Positions 47,015-59,982 of a DNA stretch of 64,000 nucleotides are shown here, one piece after another. Under the pieces are notes generated by a model that was not told where the DNA came from, made no database searches, and saw only the letters and a list, made by a program, of their open reading frames with translations. The position numbers were made by a program, and so were the translations under genes. The first letter of the stretch is position 1. Each line of letters starts with the position of its first letter. The stretch is from Paraspadella gotoi (taxonomy: Eukaryota > Animalia > Chaetognatha), in assembly GCA_051294375.1 (NCBI GenBank), contig CM119269.1:5281609-5345608 (forward strand), given 5' to 3'.

Positions 47015-48996
47015 AGCATTCTTATCGATATGGATAAGAGAAAGACATAAACAAGTATCATTTCATCGAAGTGTCTCCTTCTCTCTCTCTAAGGCGAAAA
47101 AATTACAAATATTAGATTCTGTCTCTCTCTATTTACAAAAAGGAAAAGTAAAAACAACGACAATGATGGTTTTAATAACAATTGATCACTTTTTCGAAAC
47201 CATGAAAAATGTTGTTCCTACTAGATGTCGCTTTCCCTCTTTCTTTCCACCTAGTCGCCAATTTTTTCATTTAAATTTATAAATCAATAAAAACGTCTTC
47301 TTTTTTTATCTCGACGCAAGCGACTCCTATATTTCAATGTGATCACATTTGTTTCCCTTTTGTTTACGTCGTTTTTTTTTTCTTCAAATTATCAACAGAA
47401 AACGATTACGTGTTGAACGGCTAATTCTTTGTCAAACCCTTAGTGTCTCTCTTCTCATTGTTTCGTTTGTTTTTTTTTTTGTTTTTTTTAGCTAAGTATT
47501 TTTTAAGTCGCTTTTTTTCTTTACGTAAGAATTTGAACGACGACAAAAATTACGAGTATGACAATGAACTTGGCGCTGTTTTTGTCTTTTTTCTTCTTCA
47601 TTTTTCCTACTGACGGGCAATTCTGAATCTTGCATTGCTAAAAGAATGAATCCGTTCGTGTTTTCAGAGTTTTTGATTTTTAAAAATCATTTGATATCTT
47701 TTCTTCTTGTTTCTTTTCTTCTTAGTTTCTTCTCTTCTTTTTTTTCCCCAAAATTCCATTTCATCCTTCCCAACTCCCGAGATTAAAGTTACTAGCTCCG
47801 GAGAATTTTGTCCTACCCAAAAAGATGCGAACTATCTTAAAACTTGTCAATTGAAATGAATTTTTAAGTATGCTTTTTTATTATTTAATTTTTTTCTTTT
47901 TTTTTTGCCTTGTCTGATTGATTTGATTTTGCTTCTAGCACAGTAACACTGTAAATTTTCTCTGTCAAGATCTTGTTACTTTTATCTTTCCTCGGCCGAG
48001 TTCGACTTTCTCATATTACTGTAAATATCGCACGTACAGTAGGCGACGATGTTTTGTCTGTATAAAACCCCCCAAAAAAACATCAAAACAACAAAAACCA
48101 AATACAAAAATCGGACTTGGCCGAGAAATTCACACCCAATTTGTTATTTTTTAAAAAAATTCTAAAAAAAAAAAACAAAAAAATATTAAAACCACAAAAA
48201 ATCATAAAATATTCATGTTGTTTCATTGTGGCTCCGATCATCGTTCGACTTCTTTTTATTAAGAAAATAAAATCATTGTTGAATAAAAAAAACTTTAAAA
48301 AAATATGTGTTTTACCTTTTTATTTTCTGGCAAAACTTTTTACTTTAGCGTCATTTATTGCGTCAGTGAGGATATTTGGGTTAAAGGGGTAAAGATAAGG
48401 GTTGAATACAATGAATACAATGAATAGGTTAGGTTAGGATGGGTTAGGTGAGATGGGCTGGGTGAGATTGTTTCTTTCTTTGAGAAGAGGAAGGGATGAT
48501 ATCTGGAACGGTAGAGTCTTATGATGGATCACTGCCCTATTCGCTTTCTTAACTTTAGTTAGTGGTTGATTTAAGCCTCTTCTCAATATCCCACCGAGCC
48601 TCGGTTATATAGTATACATTATACAAGCCCCACCCCTAGGATATCCCTCCCATCAAGAGTGAAAGTACGGAACGCCACAACCCTCTTTTCTCATTCATCT
48701 GTGATACTAAGGGAAAAAATTACATTGCGAGAGAAAATTGTACCGAGGCCGGGCAATAACGAAGCCAGAGGGCCAGAGGTGTCGGACGAAACGTCGGGCA
48801 TCTTCCTTCTCCTCGTGCCCCCCCCTCCCCCCGAGGAGGTAAAACATTTTTTGATTAGAAAAAAAGAAAAAAAGAAGGAAATCAAAAGGCAGAAAAAAAG
48901 AGAGAGGTTGAGAAAATGAAGAAGAAGAAGAGAGGAAGGATAAAAAGGAAATAAGAGAGAAAGAAAGAATGAGAGAGAGAGAGAGATCGATTAGAA

Positions 48997-49113
48997 AACA
49001 AGTTTGAGCAAACGTTGCCGGATCTGCCCACGATCATTAGCGGTAATTAATTAATTAGTTAAAAGATTAAATAATTTATACATTAATTAATTAATTGTAT
49101 GCACAAACTTGTT
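48997..49113. mobile_element. MITE-like inverted pair of family A 3' termini
   Basis: AACAAGTTTGAGCAAACGTTGCCGGATCTGCC ... GCACAAACTTGTT. Confidence 0.55.
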
Positions 49114-50034
49114 TGTTTTTAGGTCTGCTCTTCAGGTCACAGAGCAAGACAAAAGCAACGACGACTTATGATGTGCGACGACGACGACGACGATAACATC
49201 GACGATGATTAATTGAATAATTGATTGATTAATTACTTATTTAATTATAATATTATTTAATGAATTCTTTTATTGATTGATATAAATCAATTGATTGATA
49301 AATCAATTGATTGATAAATTAAGTTGATTAATTAAAAATTAATTTTAGTTGATTAATTGATTAACTAATGATTAACTAATTGATTAATTAATGAAATGAA
49401 TAATTAATCTAGCTGACATTTACATTTTATATAAAAAGAAAAAAAGCATAATCAAATAGTGAAACGGGTTTTTTGTTANNNNNNNNNNNNNNNNNNNNNN
49501 NNNNNNNNNNNNNNNNNNNNNNNNNNNNNNNNNNNNNNNNNNNNNNNNNNNNNNNNNNNNNNNNNNNNNNNNNNNNNNNNNNNNNNNNNNNNNNNNNNNN
49601 NNNNNNNNNNNNNNNNNNNNNNNNNNNNNNNNNNNNNNNNNNNNNNNNNNNNNNNNNNNNNNNNNNNNNNNNNNNNNNNNNNNNNNNNNNNNNNNNNNNN
49701 NNNNNNNNNNNNNNNNNNNNNNNNNNNNNNNNNNNNNNNNNNNNNNNNNNNNNNNNNNNNNNNNNNNNNNNNNNNNNNNCAACTACGGCCACATTCCCAA
49801 CTACGGCCACATTCCACAACTAACGAATATGTTCTTAAAAGTTCTAAAAAACTCATTTTGAAATTTTATGATTTTATGATTTTAAGATTTTTTTACAGAG
49901 AAAATATAATTTACTATACAGTTATGCTAAAATACAATTTTTAAGGATTGAAATTGTGTTAATCATATGTACAAAGGCAACATAAAAATAATGTTTAATN
50001 NNNNNNNNNACGGGTTTTTTGTTATTTCCATTTA

Positions 50035-50190
50035 AAATTTTAAACTCATTTTCACTCGGACTATTCCATCGAAACTTGATTTCCTGCTTAATCAAACACT
50101 TCTTTACACACACAAAATTTCAAATCAATCGCCCCATCCACACATGAGTATTTGGAGTTCAAAGCTAAGGGGGGACGGATGGATGGACAC
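50035..50190 (-). mobile_element. Family A body fragment, minus orientation
   Basis: Reverse complement of the GGAAATGAGTTTAAA / CCTTAGC / GTCC body module. Confidence 0.55.
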
Positions 50191-50494
50191 ATCCTCGGCC
50201 ACATTCCACAACCATAGCCACATTCCACAACCACGGCCACATTTCCCAACAACAGCCCATTCCACATCCTCGGCCACATTTCACANNNNNNNNNNTTTTC
50301 ATCGCTCCAATGACCAAGGCGGCATAATGGCATGGTGACATGAGGCCCCCGCGTCATGGCGTGCCAACGCATGGCGTTTGACTCGTTTCAGTTTAAAAGC
50401 GTCGGCGGAGGAACCAAAAAAGAACATAATAAACTGGTTTTTTTATGAAACTCAAAAGCTAACTTTCAAAAAAGGAAATCTTTGCAGTAATCGT

Positions 50495-52400
50495 TTACTT
50501 ACTAATTAACTCATGTTTATAAATTTTTGAGTAATATTTTTTTATTTATGTTTTTATTTGTAAATGTTAAGTTTTCTTTGTGTAATTCTTCCAATTAGAA
50601 AAAATGTTGCCTGACCATGTTCTTGACTGTCTTGAATAATTATTTTATATTATAAGAATTTCCAGTGTGTAATTGAATTTCAATAATTTTAAGTAATTAA
50701 TTAATAATTAATTTATAATGATTTTCTTTTTTTAAAAGATTCAGTTTTTTACTGAAGATGAAATTGGATGACCATGAAAAAACGTTGTTTTACATAAGTA
50801 AATATAAAATAAATTTTATGAAATTAAAATTTTATAAACGTCCAGTACTTTTCTATAGAATAAGAGAAGAAAATTTAAAAAATATTCATCCAATTAGAAA
50901 TGAAGTCCAAAAGTTTTATTTCCTTTTTTAAATTAATTAAATCAAAATTATAAATGAAAAATATATAGTGCATGTTTAAAAAAGAGAAAGTTGAGTTGAG
51001 TTGAGAAGTTAAAAAATTGAAAAGTTGAAAAGTTTAAAGGTTCAAGAAATAAATGACAATTACATAATTCGCAATACAACATTGATTTTTTTTCAAAATT
51101 CGACAATCTGTGTTAAGTTTATTTTCTCGTTATTTTTCATCACCAACTGAATGATCAGTTTCATTTTCAAAAGATGTTAACCACTCAGTATGGCACTAAT
51201 GATGGGAGTTAACATACATAACATATTAAATTTGTTATAGTTATACGATTGTTCTCTATCTATACATTTGATGAAGTTGTCATAAAGTGAATTCATTACT
51301 TGTTGATTTTTAAAATACTTTTGATTATAATGTTTACGTGGTATTACATCCAAAAAAATAAAGTTGATAGATTCCGTAGGCGTCTTGGGAGAAAGAATAT
51401 CTGTGCCTTCATAAAACCCTTCATAATAATAAGAAAAATCAAATTCACAATTAGATTCATTAGTGAACTTACTAATTAACAATGTTTTAAACATTTTTGA
51501 TAATATTTTTTTTATTATGTTATTGTAAATGTTAAGTTTCTTTGGTGTAATTCTTCCAATTAGAAAAAATGTTGCCTGACCTGTTCTTGGACTGTCTTGA
51601 AATTATCTTTATATTATAAGAATTTCCAGTGTGTAATTGAATTTCAAACATAATTTTAAGTAATTAATTATAATTAATTTTATGATTTTCTCTTTTTTTA
51701 AAAGATTCAGTTTTTTACTGGAGATGAAATGATGACCATTGAAAAACGTTGTTTTACATTAAGTAAATTATAAAATATTTTATGAAATTAAATTTAAACG
51801 TCCAGTACTTTCTATAGAATAAGAGAAGAAAATTTTAAAAAATATTCATTCCAATGAGAATGAAGTCCAAAAAGATTTAGTCCTTTTCTAAATAATTAAA
51901 TCAAAATTATAAATGAAAAATATATAGTGCATGTTTAAAAAGAGAAAGTTGAGTTGAGTTGAGAAGTTAAAAATTGAAAAGTTGAAAAGTTTAAAGGTTC
52001 AAGAAATAAATTGACAATTAATAATCGCAATACAACATTGATTTTTTTCAAAATTCGACAATCTGGTTAAGTTCTATTTTTCTCGTTATTTTTCATCACC
52101 AACTAATGATCAGTTTCATTTTCAAAGTGTTAACCATCGATGGCACTAATGATGGAGTTAACATACATAACATATTAAATGTTATAGTTATACGATTGTT
52201 CTCTATCTATACATTTGATGAAGTTGTCATAAAGTGAATTCATTACTTGTTGATTTTTAAATACTTTTGATTAATGTTTACGTGGTATGACATCAAAAAA
52301 ATAAGTTGATAGTTCGTAGGCGTTTGGGAGAAGAATATCTGTGCCTTCATAAACCCTTCATAATAATAAGAAAAATCAAATTCACAATTAGACATTAGTG
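50495..52400. repeat. ~0.95-kb tandem duplication of the XK-like 3' region
   Basis: ~50495-51465 matches ~51466-52400, differing mainly by single-base indels. Confidence 0.85.
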
Positions 52401-52555
52401 AGTAATGAATATTTTTAAAGTTCCGTTTAGGCTGAATAATATCCAATAAGCGACATTAAGGATGATTTTAAACATAACCTTTAGCTTTTTTAATTTTTTT
52501 GTCATGATTAAAAATGTCCAAAACTACAAAGGGAATAGAAGGAAATTTTTGAAAT
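51100..52555 (-). CDS. Probable C-terminal continuation of the XK-like ORF in indel-rich, duplicated sequence
   Basis: Past the gap the minus strand reads FWTFLIMTKKLKKLKVMFKIILNVAYWILFSLNGTLKIF, then (shifted) SNCEFDFSYYYEGFYEGTDIL...FIKCIDREQSYNYNKFNMLCMLTPIISAI, then SFENETDHSVGDE. The later part is present twice. Confidence 0.55.
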
Positions 52556-52580
52556 NNNNNNNNNNNNNNNNNNNNNNNNN

Positions 52581-54386
52581 AATTAATCCATAAAAGTCGG
52601 CGAACATTAATAATAAAATCATTTGATTGGTGTAGTATTCTTCAGGTGCTACAAATGAAGACAAAAGCTCTGAATGGATTTGATCCCGACTGTTCATCGC
52701 TACTTTGATTAGATTTGAACACAAAGGGAGAAGACAAGCAATCAACCCAAAAAATCCTAGGGCCTTCTTATCTCTCACAGACAAGCTGCTTGGGGCCTTG
52801 CCAGCATACACTTCCAGCATAAGAAGAATGAAGTAGGAGAACCAAGAAGTGTATGCAAAATTGGCGTAAAGCATATAGCTTCTGTACAATCGTGTTTTCG
52901 AGTTTAAAATTGGTTCGTAATTGATATTACAGTATATCACACATTGATATAAACCAGAATCTATGGTTATCTTTTCATGACTTACAGTTGACTGGATATT
53001 GACGCCGGTTATCAACAGAGGCATCAGCGCACCAAGCGCAAAATTAAACAGATAACCAAATTTATTTTTTAAAAACAAAAGAGCGGTCACGTAGAAAGTC
53101 CCGAGTCCGAGATCCATCATCAGCATTGTCATAACCGTTAGGTGCTTGGGCTCAAGAAATTTGTAATTTCCGAGTTTGTAACGTGTTCCGACATTTTGAA
53201 GAACTAAGTCCGGCTCCTTTAACATCAACGTCGAACAGGACATAATGAGAGAGTCAAAAATCATCGCATTCCACCTCTCCCGATCCACAAACCCACCCAT
53301 CTTGTAGCATCTACGTTCCCTCAAATCTGCGTATATTGAGATGTATGGAGTAATAGTATCGATCTCTTTCCACCCTGATTTTACATGAAAAATCATTGCG
53401 TGCATTTTATCCATGTTGAAAAAAATGGAACAAGTCATCGCTGACCAACTAATCATGATGAGATATTGTGTGAAGGAATTATCTTCACCTGACTTAATTC
53501 GCGATGACATCAAGTTTGAAATCTTGTTTCGAAGTTCGCTAATAGTGAAGACTCTCAACAGCACAAGTGGCGTGAGAAGCGCCAACCACAGCGACAATTT
53601 GAGTGCCCAAACAAAGATGAGATGGACGAATACAGCGATGCCAACAATGCCTTGAAGGATGCCCAAGACCATCGTCGGAGAGAGAGTTCTGTCGCCGCGG
53701 GATACGGCTGCAGTTTTGGCCAAACCGATGGTGGAAAGAGCAAAGGATAAGATGGTCCCTAAGTCCTCCAAGGGCCAACTGCAGGTCCAGAGAAAGGCCG
53801 TGTAATCAAGGACCTTGTTTCGGCAAGAGCAAGGGGTCTTAGAAGGGGACATCATTCCATTGGCATTCAATTCATACAGATAGTAGTTTTGTATTTCTTC
53901 CGTGTTGTTTTTGTGAGGAAAGCAAAGCTTATTGGTGCCGCTGGTCAAAGCCATGATGATTGCCGCTGCTTGTAGAAGGATCTGGGGAAAAGTCTCCAAC
54001 AAAAGATGCAGCAGATTGAGGCTGGCGACGAGGCGTTGCTTCAATGCCATTGGTTTCGCGACCGACACCCGACGTTGGTCGAGTTGGTTGTCAATAGAGA
54101 CGATGGTGTTTCCGAGACCTACGAAGCACAGAACCATCGTCGCTGATCGACGCCAAAGGTTGCTCCAGAGACGAGGATAACGCGGCGCCTCTTGCGACAG
54201 GCGGCGCCACGACAGGGCGCCGGAAATGACGCCGTGTGACGCTAGGATGATGAACATAGCGATTCCGATGTAGTGTTCACCATAGAAATCTTTTCTGAGA
54301 AATAGAATCGTTGTTCTCAAATCGGTGATAACGTCGGCGACGTTGAGAATGATGAAAGGGATCAAAAGGAAATTGGCATCCTCCAT
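52581..54386 (-). CDS. Intronless XK-related (Xkr phospholipid scramblase-like) multipass membrane protein, 3' end interrupted by a gap
   Basis: ~600 open codons from ATG at 54386 (context aacaccATGG; the upstream 65 codons of the ORF track are repeat-derived). XK hallmarks: TM1 IILNVADVITD, LLHLLLETFPQILLQ (E-x-x-P-Q-x-x-L-Q) and ILSFALSTIGLAK, followed by many further hydrophobic segments. Confidence 0.8.
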
Positions 54387-54770
54387 GGTGTTTGATAGAG
54401 AAAGAGACTGATAAAGACAGAGACAAAGAAAAAGAGAGATGGAATAAGAGAGATTGAGAGAGAAAATATCAAAGAAAGTCCTGATAATGATAAACGAATA
54501 TAATACATATATATATAACAAAACTAATAGATCTTTTGCGTCTGATCTTATTATGTCTGACAAAAAAAGATGGAAATGCATGTATTCGGGCGCATTATTA
54601 ATATTATCAAAGCATGATAATAATTCTAAGATTAATAAAGCAAGCTAGATATCAGAACTCGAGAGCAATGATCTTAGCTTAGTGGACTGGCAAATTGGAA
54701 TCGCGTTTATGTCTGGAATTCTATTCAATTATTAAACCAAGCGCGCTTTTTTATTTTTTAATTCTCATCT

Positions 54771-55600
54771 TTTTAGTTGGATACGCTTATCAACAAATTC
54801 CGACTCTATAATTCATTTTGTCGGACCGTCGGTCCTACCCCAAATCTTGTCGGTAAATAATTTTTATCATATCAGAACATGAATTAAGATAAATTATGCC
54901 AAAAAAATTATGTCCATTCGTCCGTCTGTGTCTGTCTGTTGTCCATCCGTCGTTCATCTGTCCATCCCCCCTTAGCATTAAACTCCAATTACTCATGATT
55001 GGATGGATGGATTGGAATGAAATTTTGTGTGTGGGAAGGAAAGTGTGTGATTGAGCTGGATATAAAGTTTTGATGGAATCGTGCGATTGGAAATGAGTTT
55101 AAATGGAAAAATGAAGTATTTTTATTATTTTTCTTAATTATTATATTTATTAACAAGTTCGAGCAAACAATGTCGGATCTGCCTACAATAATTATGCGAT
55201 ATAAACTAATCCGATAATAATCACTTTTTTTACTTTCAATTTTTGAACATAACAATCATAACAAATCATAACATAACAAATCATAAACAGACTTCTTAAT
55301 AAATCTATGAAAAATCTATAAATCAAATGATCTATTTATCATTACCAGTAGATGCGCATAATTTGGTCAACAGGAATAATTTGGACAACTAGCATAATTT
55401 GGTCAACTGGCATAATTTGGTAATTTTGCATAATTTGATGAACTTACATAATTTAATCAACTTGCATTATTTGGTCAACTGGCATAATATTGTCTTTATA
55501 AACACATTAACAATATTTATACCGGACTTCTGTTAGTTTGTAACCTGTTCCGCCTTACTCATTAACGTAGCAGATCCGACATTGTTTGCTCAAACTTGTT
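54771..55600 (+). mobile_element. DINE-1/Helentron-like element, family A, with an internal inverted 3' end and a 19-bp tandem repeat
   Basis: 5' TTTTAGTTGGAT..CCGACTCTATA, GTCC/GTCT microsatellite, conserved body (GAAATTTTGTGTGTGGG..GAGCTGGATATAAAGTTT..GGAAATGAGTTTAAA), 3' GCAGATCCGACATTGTTTGCTCAAACTTGTT. Confidence 0.65.
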
Positions 55601-55949
55601 AATAAAAAGTTTAAACTATTATTTCAAAAGTTTGGATAAAGAATGACTCACTCTCTCGATCTTTTTCGAGTGACGAATTCTCAAAGACGAGAGTCGGTTT
55701 GATGAAAGATCAGGCGACCGCAGTTCGTTTAGCCTGTTAAGGGGATGGAGGGTTAAAAAAATGGGTTGGTCTGTTATTATTTTTTTTTAAATTATCAATA
55801 AAAATATATTTCTCTTTAAACTCTCTCTCCTCTCATTTTATCGTTCGGTCTACAGGGGTGGGACTCTATATCAAGACAAATTTTAAAAAATCATTACTCT
55901 AAAGCTATGATTTGTAAAATTTGAATAAATATTTGTATAGTACGCTCTC

Positions 55950-57240
55950 TTAGCTTTTAGACGATATATCAATTATTTTGAAATTCTTTGATATTAGGCT
56001 TTTTTGATGCAGCAAAGGCAACTGCTCGGTGTTAGGGGGCGAATCCTGCATACCCGCTAACGGGTAAGGATGAGTGTGGGGTGACCAAAGGAGTGTCATT
56101 AAAGTCAAGGCGTGGCAGAAAGTCTCGCTCCAAACAGGGAATGATTTATCACGGGCGGCCGTGCATTGACAGTGCACCCTGGAATCTACACTGTAATAGA
56201 TCAGAAGAAAAACACAACGATCAAGAACCACGTAACCTATCAGTAACCCAACACCTCTCCTATAATCATTAATAACTAAATAATAAATGATAGCTGAAAA
56301 GGAAAGACATTGAATGATAAATATCAATCAATGAATAATAAATGAATAGATACGTGGTGAAATGTTTTTTTGTCAATGAATAAATGAAATAAAATAAATG
56401 AATAAAAGTCCGATGATTAATCTTCACGAAAGTTTCTTCCCGACATCTGTTTTCTACGGTCTTGAATAAAAATGTTTGAATACTTATTGTTAAATCTCAT
56501 TCGAATACTTCAAAGTTCAAAATATTTTTGGAAGTATTTATTTGTAGTATAATAATGCTTCTGGCAAGGTGTACATGGTATTTTGGTTAAAAAAATTTAA
56601 AATTAAGCAGGTAAGATTTGGGTAAGTTACTGTTATGGTTTAATTTTTATTAACACTTACTTTTATCAGGAGATTTATTAACGATATTGTCAGGTAATTA
56701 AATTTATCATGTAAGATTTTGTAATGCATAATAAAAGCGTCAAAAAGGTAAGAAATACATAAAGTATTTGACAATTTAAGCATATTCGTTATAATCTTCC
56801 TAAAATTTTGTTTTACTTACCTGAAAAAAAATTAAATAGATTTAATTTGGATAGTGATGAAAAGCTTAGTATAGCTTTTATCGTATGCAATACAATGCGC
56901 GGTCATAAAAACGACTAAATGTTTTGAAAACATCCACGACGCCTTGTAGTTGCTTAAAATTTTTTTTTCATTGTATATAAAAGTAAAAAACCCTAAAAAA
57001 CTTTTGCAACTCATTTTATTATTGTATACCAAATCGTTCAGGCAGGGCAGGACGTTAAGGTTTGTCTCGATATAGGGTCCCACGCCTGTATTATTCCCCT
57101 CATATTTTTGGCTTTCTTCTGGTTTACATTTCTTCTTCTCTCCAAATTTCTCCAAATTCGCATCATTATTGGTTGTATTAACTTCATTTAATCCTATGCT
57201 TGCGGTAGCCGACCGAATTCAAATTTTAATGGGAACAGAA
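55950..57240 (-). CDS. Possible second noisy multipass membrane gene upstream of the XK-like ORF
   Basis: Non-repetitive coding-like ORF pieces 56832-57155 and 55950-56327 (IIQCLSFSAIIYYLV..GLLIGYVVLDRCVFLLIYY), a hydrophobic bridge FIHLFYFIYSL..YLFIYYSL, and a donor-like CAG|GTAAGT at ~56821. Confidence 0.3.
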
Positions 57241-57650
57241 TTAAACAAATCCATTATTGGTATTAATTATTGTGTTAAAATATTTTTTTGTAAAAATGTT
57301 CCGAACCATGAGTAATTAAAATAAAAATTAAAATAATTAAAATAATTATATTGCTATATAATGTCAAAATTTTTTTTTGATATTTTAAGTTTTTTTAATT
57401 GATTCTGATAAAGTAATTACAACTTTTTAAAATTTTGATGTTTTATTACTGAAAATTAGTAAAAATTGCTAAAATCATCGGATGATAATGATGATGATGA
57501 TTTTTTAAGGTTTTTCCCAATTTTAACCCAATTATCATCAAAATATTGAAAAAATAATTATACTTTGCTTTTAAAAATATAATCTCTTAAGATCACAAAT
57601 TGAAAGCCAGAAAGAATTATCATGATTATTGTCAAATCAGAATGTAATAT

Positions 57651-58085
57651 TTTTAGTCGGATCTGATTATCAGCAGATCCAGACTCTATAATCCACTTTG
57701 TCGGTCCGTCGGTCCGCCCCCTCAATCTTGTCAGGCATTAACTTATTTCATGTCAGAACATCGAATTATCTGTCCGTCCGTCACACCTTAGCAAAAAACT
57801 TGTGATTGGATGGTTAGATTGGAATGAAATTTTGTGTGTAGGTAGGAAAGTGTGTGATATAAGTGAGCTGGATATAAAGTTTTGTTGGAATCATGTGAGT
57901 GGAAATGAGTTTAAATTGAAAAAAACATAAGTCACATTAACTTAAATCTTTTTAGAAATTTTAACCCATAATTACTCAAATTAATCATAATTGGATGGAT
58001 AGATTGAGATTAAATTTTGTGTGTGGGTAGGAAAGTGTGTGATGAAGCTGGATATAAAGTTTAGATGGAATTGTGCGAGTGGAAA
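57651..58085 (+). mobile_element. Family A element, 5' part
   Basis: 5' hairpin AGTCGGATCTG-attatcag-CAGATCC(A)GACT, GTCGGTCCGTCGGTCC, two copies of the body module. Confidence 0.65.
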
Positions 58086-58184
58086 GTCAAATCAAGTGAA
58101 GTCAAGTTGACTTGAATTTTTATAATTTATACTTACTCATGAGGCTTTTAATTAATTAATTAATTAATTAATAAGTTAATTAAG

Positions 58185-58515
58185 TAAAAAATGATGAAAT
58201 TTGAAAAAATGATGCAAGTTAAAAAAATTATGTATATTAAAAAAAATGATGCAAGTTGAAAGAATGATGCAAGCTGAAAGAATGAATCAATTTGAAAAAA
58301 TGATGCAAGTTGAAAGAATGATGCAAGCTGAAAGAATGATGCAATTTTAAAAAAAGATGCAAGTTGAAAAAATGATGCAAGTTGAAAAAAGTATGCAAGT
58401 TGAAAAAGTTATGCAAGTTGAAAAAATAATGCAAGTTAAAACAAAAACAAGTGAAAAAAATGATGCAAGTTGAAAAAATGATGCGAGTAAAAAAAATGAT
58501 TCAAGTGGAAAAAAT
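58185..58515. repeat. 18-bp tandem repeat (AAAAAATGATGCAAGTTG)n
   Basis: About 17 imperfect units, no unique spacers. Confidence 0.9.
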
Positions 58516-58583
58516 AATAATAGTTAAAAAAAGTATTTGTATTTTATTTTTAATTATTTCTACTATAGTATTTATTTATTATT

Positions 58584-58674
<91 letters not shown>

Positions 58675-58748
58675 TCTGATTACTGCTTAATTATAAGTTC
58701 ATTTTTCTAGAACTAATCTCACAAAATAAAAACTTTTTTCATTGCTTG

Positions 58749-59982
58749 TTTTAAGTTGGATCTGCTTATCAGCAGATTCCGACTCTATAATTCACTTTGT
58801 CGGTCTGTCGGTCCGCCTCCCCAAATATTGTCGGGCATTCACTTAAATCATGTCAGAACCTCGAATTATGATAAATTATGCAAAAATAATGATTTCCGTC
58901 TGTTTGTCCGTCTGTCCATCCGTCCGTCCATCCATCCGTCCACCCGTCTGTCTGTCTTCCCACCTTAGCAAAAAACACCAATTACTCGTGATTGGATGGA
59001 TGGTTTGGAATGAAAATTTTTGTGTGGGTAGGGAAGTGTGTGATTGAGCTGGATATAAAGTTTCGATGGAATCGTCCGAGTGAAAATGAGTTTAAAGGAA
59101 AAAACAAAAAAATATATTTCACTATTTGAACATTAATTACTCATGAGTGGATGGGACGATTGACCTAAAATTTTGTATGTGGGTTGGAAAGTGTGTGATT
59201 AAGCTGGATGGAATCGTTTGAGTGGAAATGAGTTTAAATGGAAAAAACAAAAAACCTGTTACACTAATTGATTATGCTTCTTTTTCTTTTTGTATTAAAT
59301 TTAAATGTAAGATGTATTAATTAATCAAATAATTAATCAAATAATTAATCAGTAATTAATCAATTAATTATTCAATCAATCAGTTTATTTATCTATTCAT
59401 TAATTATTCATTCAATTAGTTTATTTATCTATTAATTAATTATTCAATCAATCAATCAAGTCAATCGTTATCGGCATCCTTCTCGGCCTTTTCAATCATT
59501 GAAGCCCCCTTGCCGTATGACGGGGCAGAGGATCTCTCTCGCTCGCTCTCTCTCTTTGGCTGGATGACAGGATCGGGATCGACAAAAACGACGATAATTT
59601 TAACGATGGATTAATTGTTTAGGGTTTCGGATAGGGATAAGGTTAGTTTAGGGGATAGATATTAGGGATTAGGGTTGGGATTAGGGATTAGGGTTGTGAT
59701 TAGGGTTAGGGATTAGGGTCATTTTTCCCAACGTTACTTTTGTAACAAAAAATTCTGGCTTGCTGGGTGACTCAGCGAGAGAAAGAATTAAGCCTCCGTC
59801 AGGATCGGGATCGACAAAAACGACGACAACAATTTGAACGATGGAGGAAGCTGGAAGCAGTAGCGACGGTGAGAGCGACGACAAAAGGAGTGACGCATAA
59901 AGCGATGATGGATGCTTCCGGAGCCGCAGCAAGGGGGCTTCTTTGAAAAAAAGTGCCCCGACATTGTTTGCTCAAACTTGTT
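58749..59982 (+). mobile_element. Family A element, near full length with nested insert
   Basis: 5' hairpin/CTCTATA, (GTCC)n, two body modules, AT-rich segment, 3' CCGACATTGTTTGCTCAAACTTGTT. Confidence 0.65.
59618..59718 (+). repeat. Degenerate interstitial (TTAGGG/ATTAGGG)n tract
   Basis: Direct reading. Confidence 0.75.

Noticed and set aside
54387-54581. N-terminal 65 aa of the 685-aa ORF
   Set aside because: Overlaps a dispersed repeat and a CT tract; the ATG at 54386 has strong context and starts the XK-like sequence
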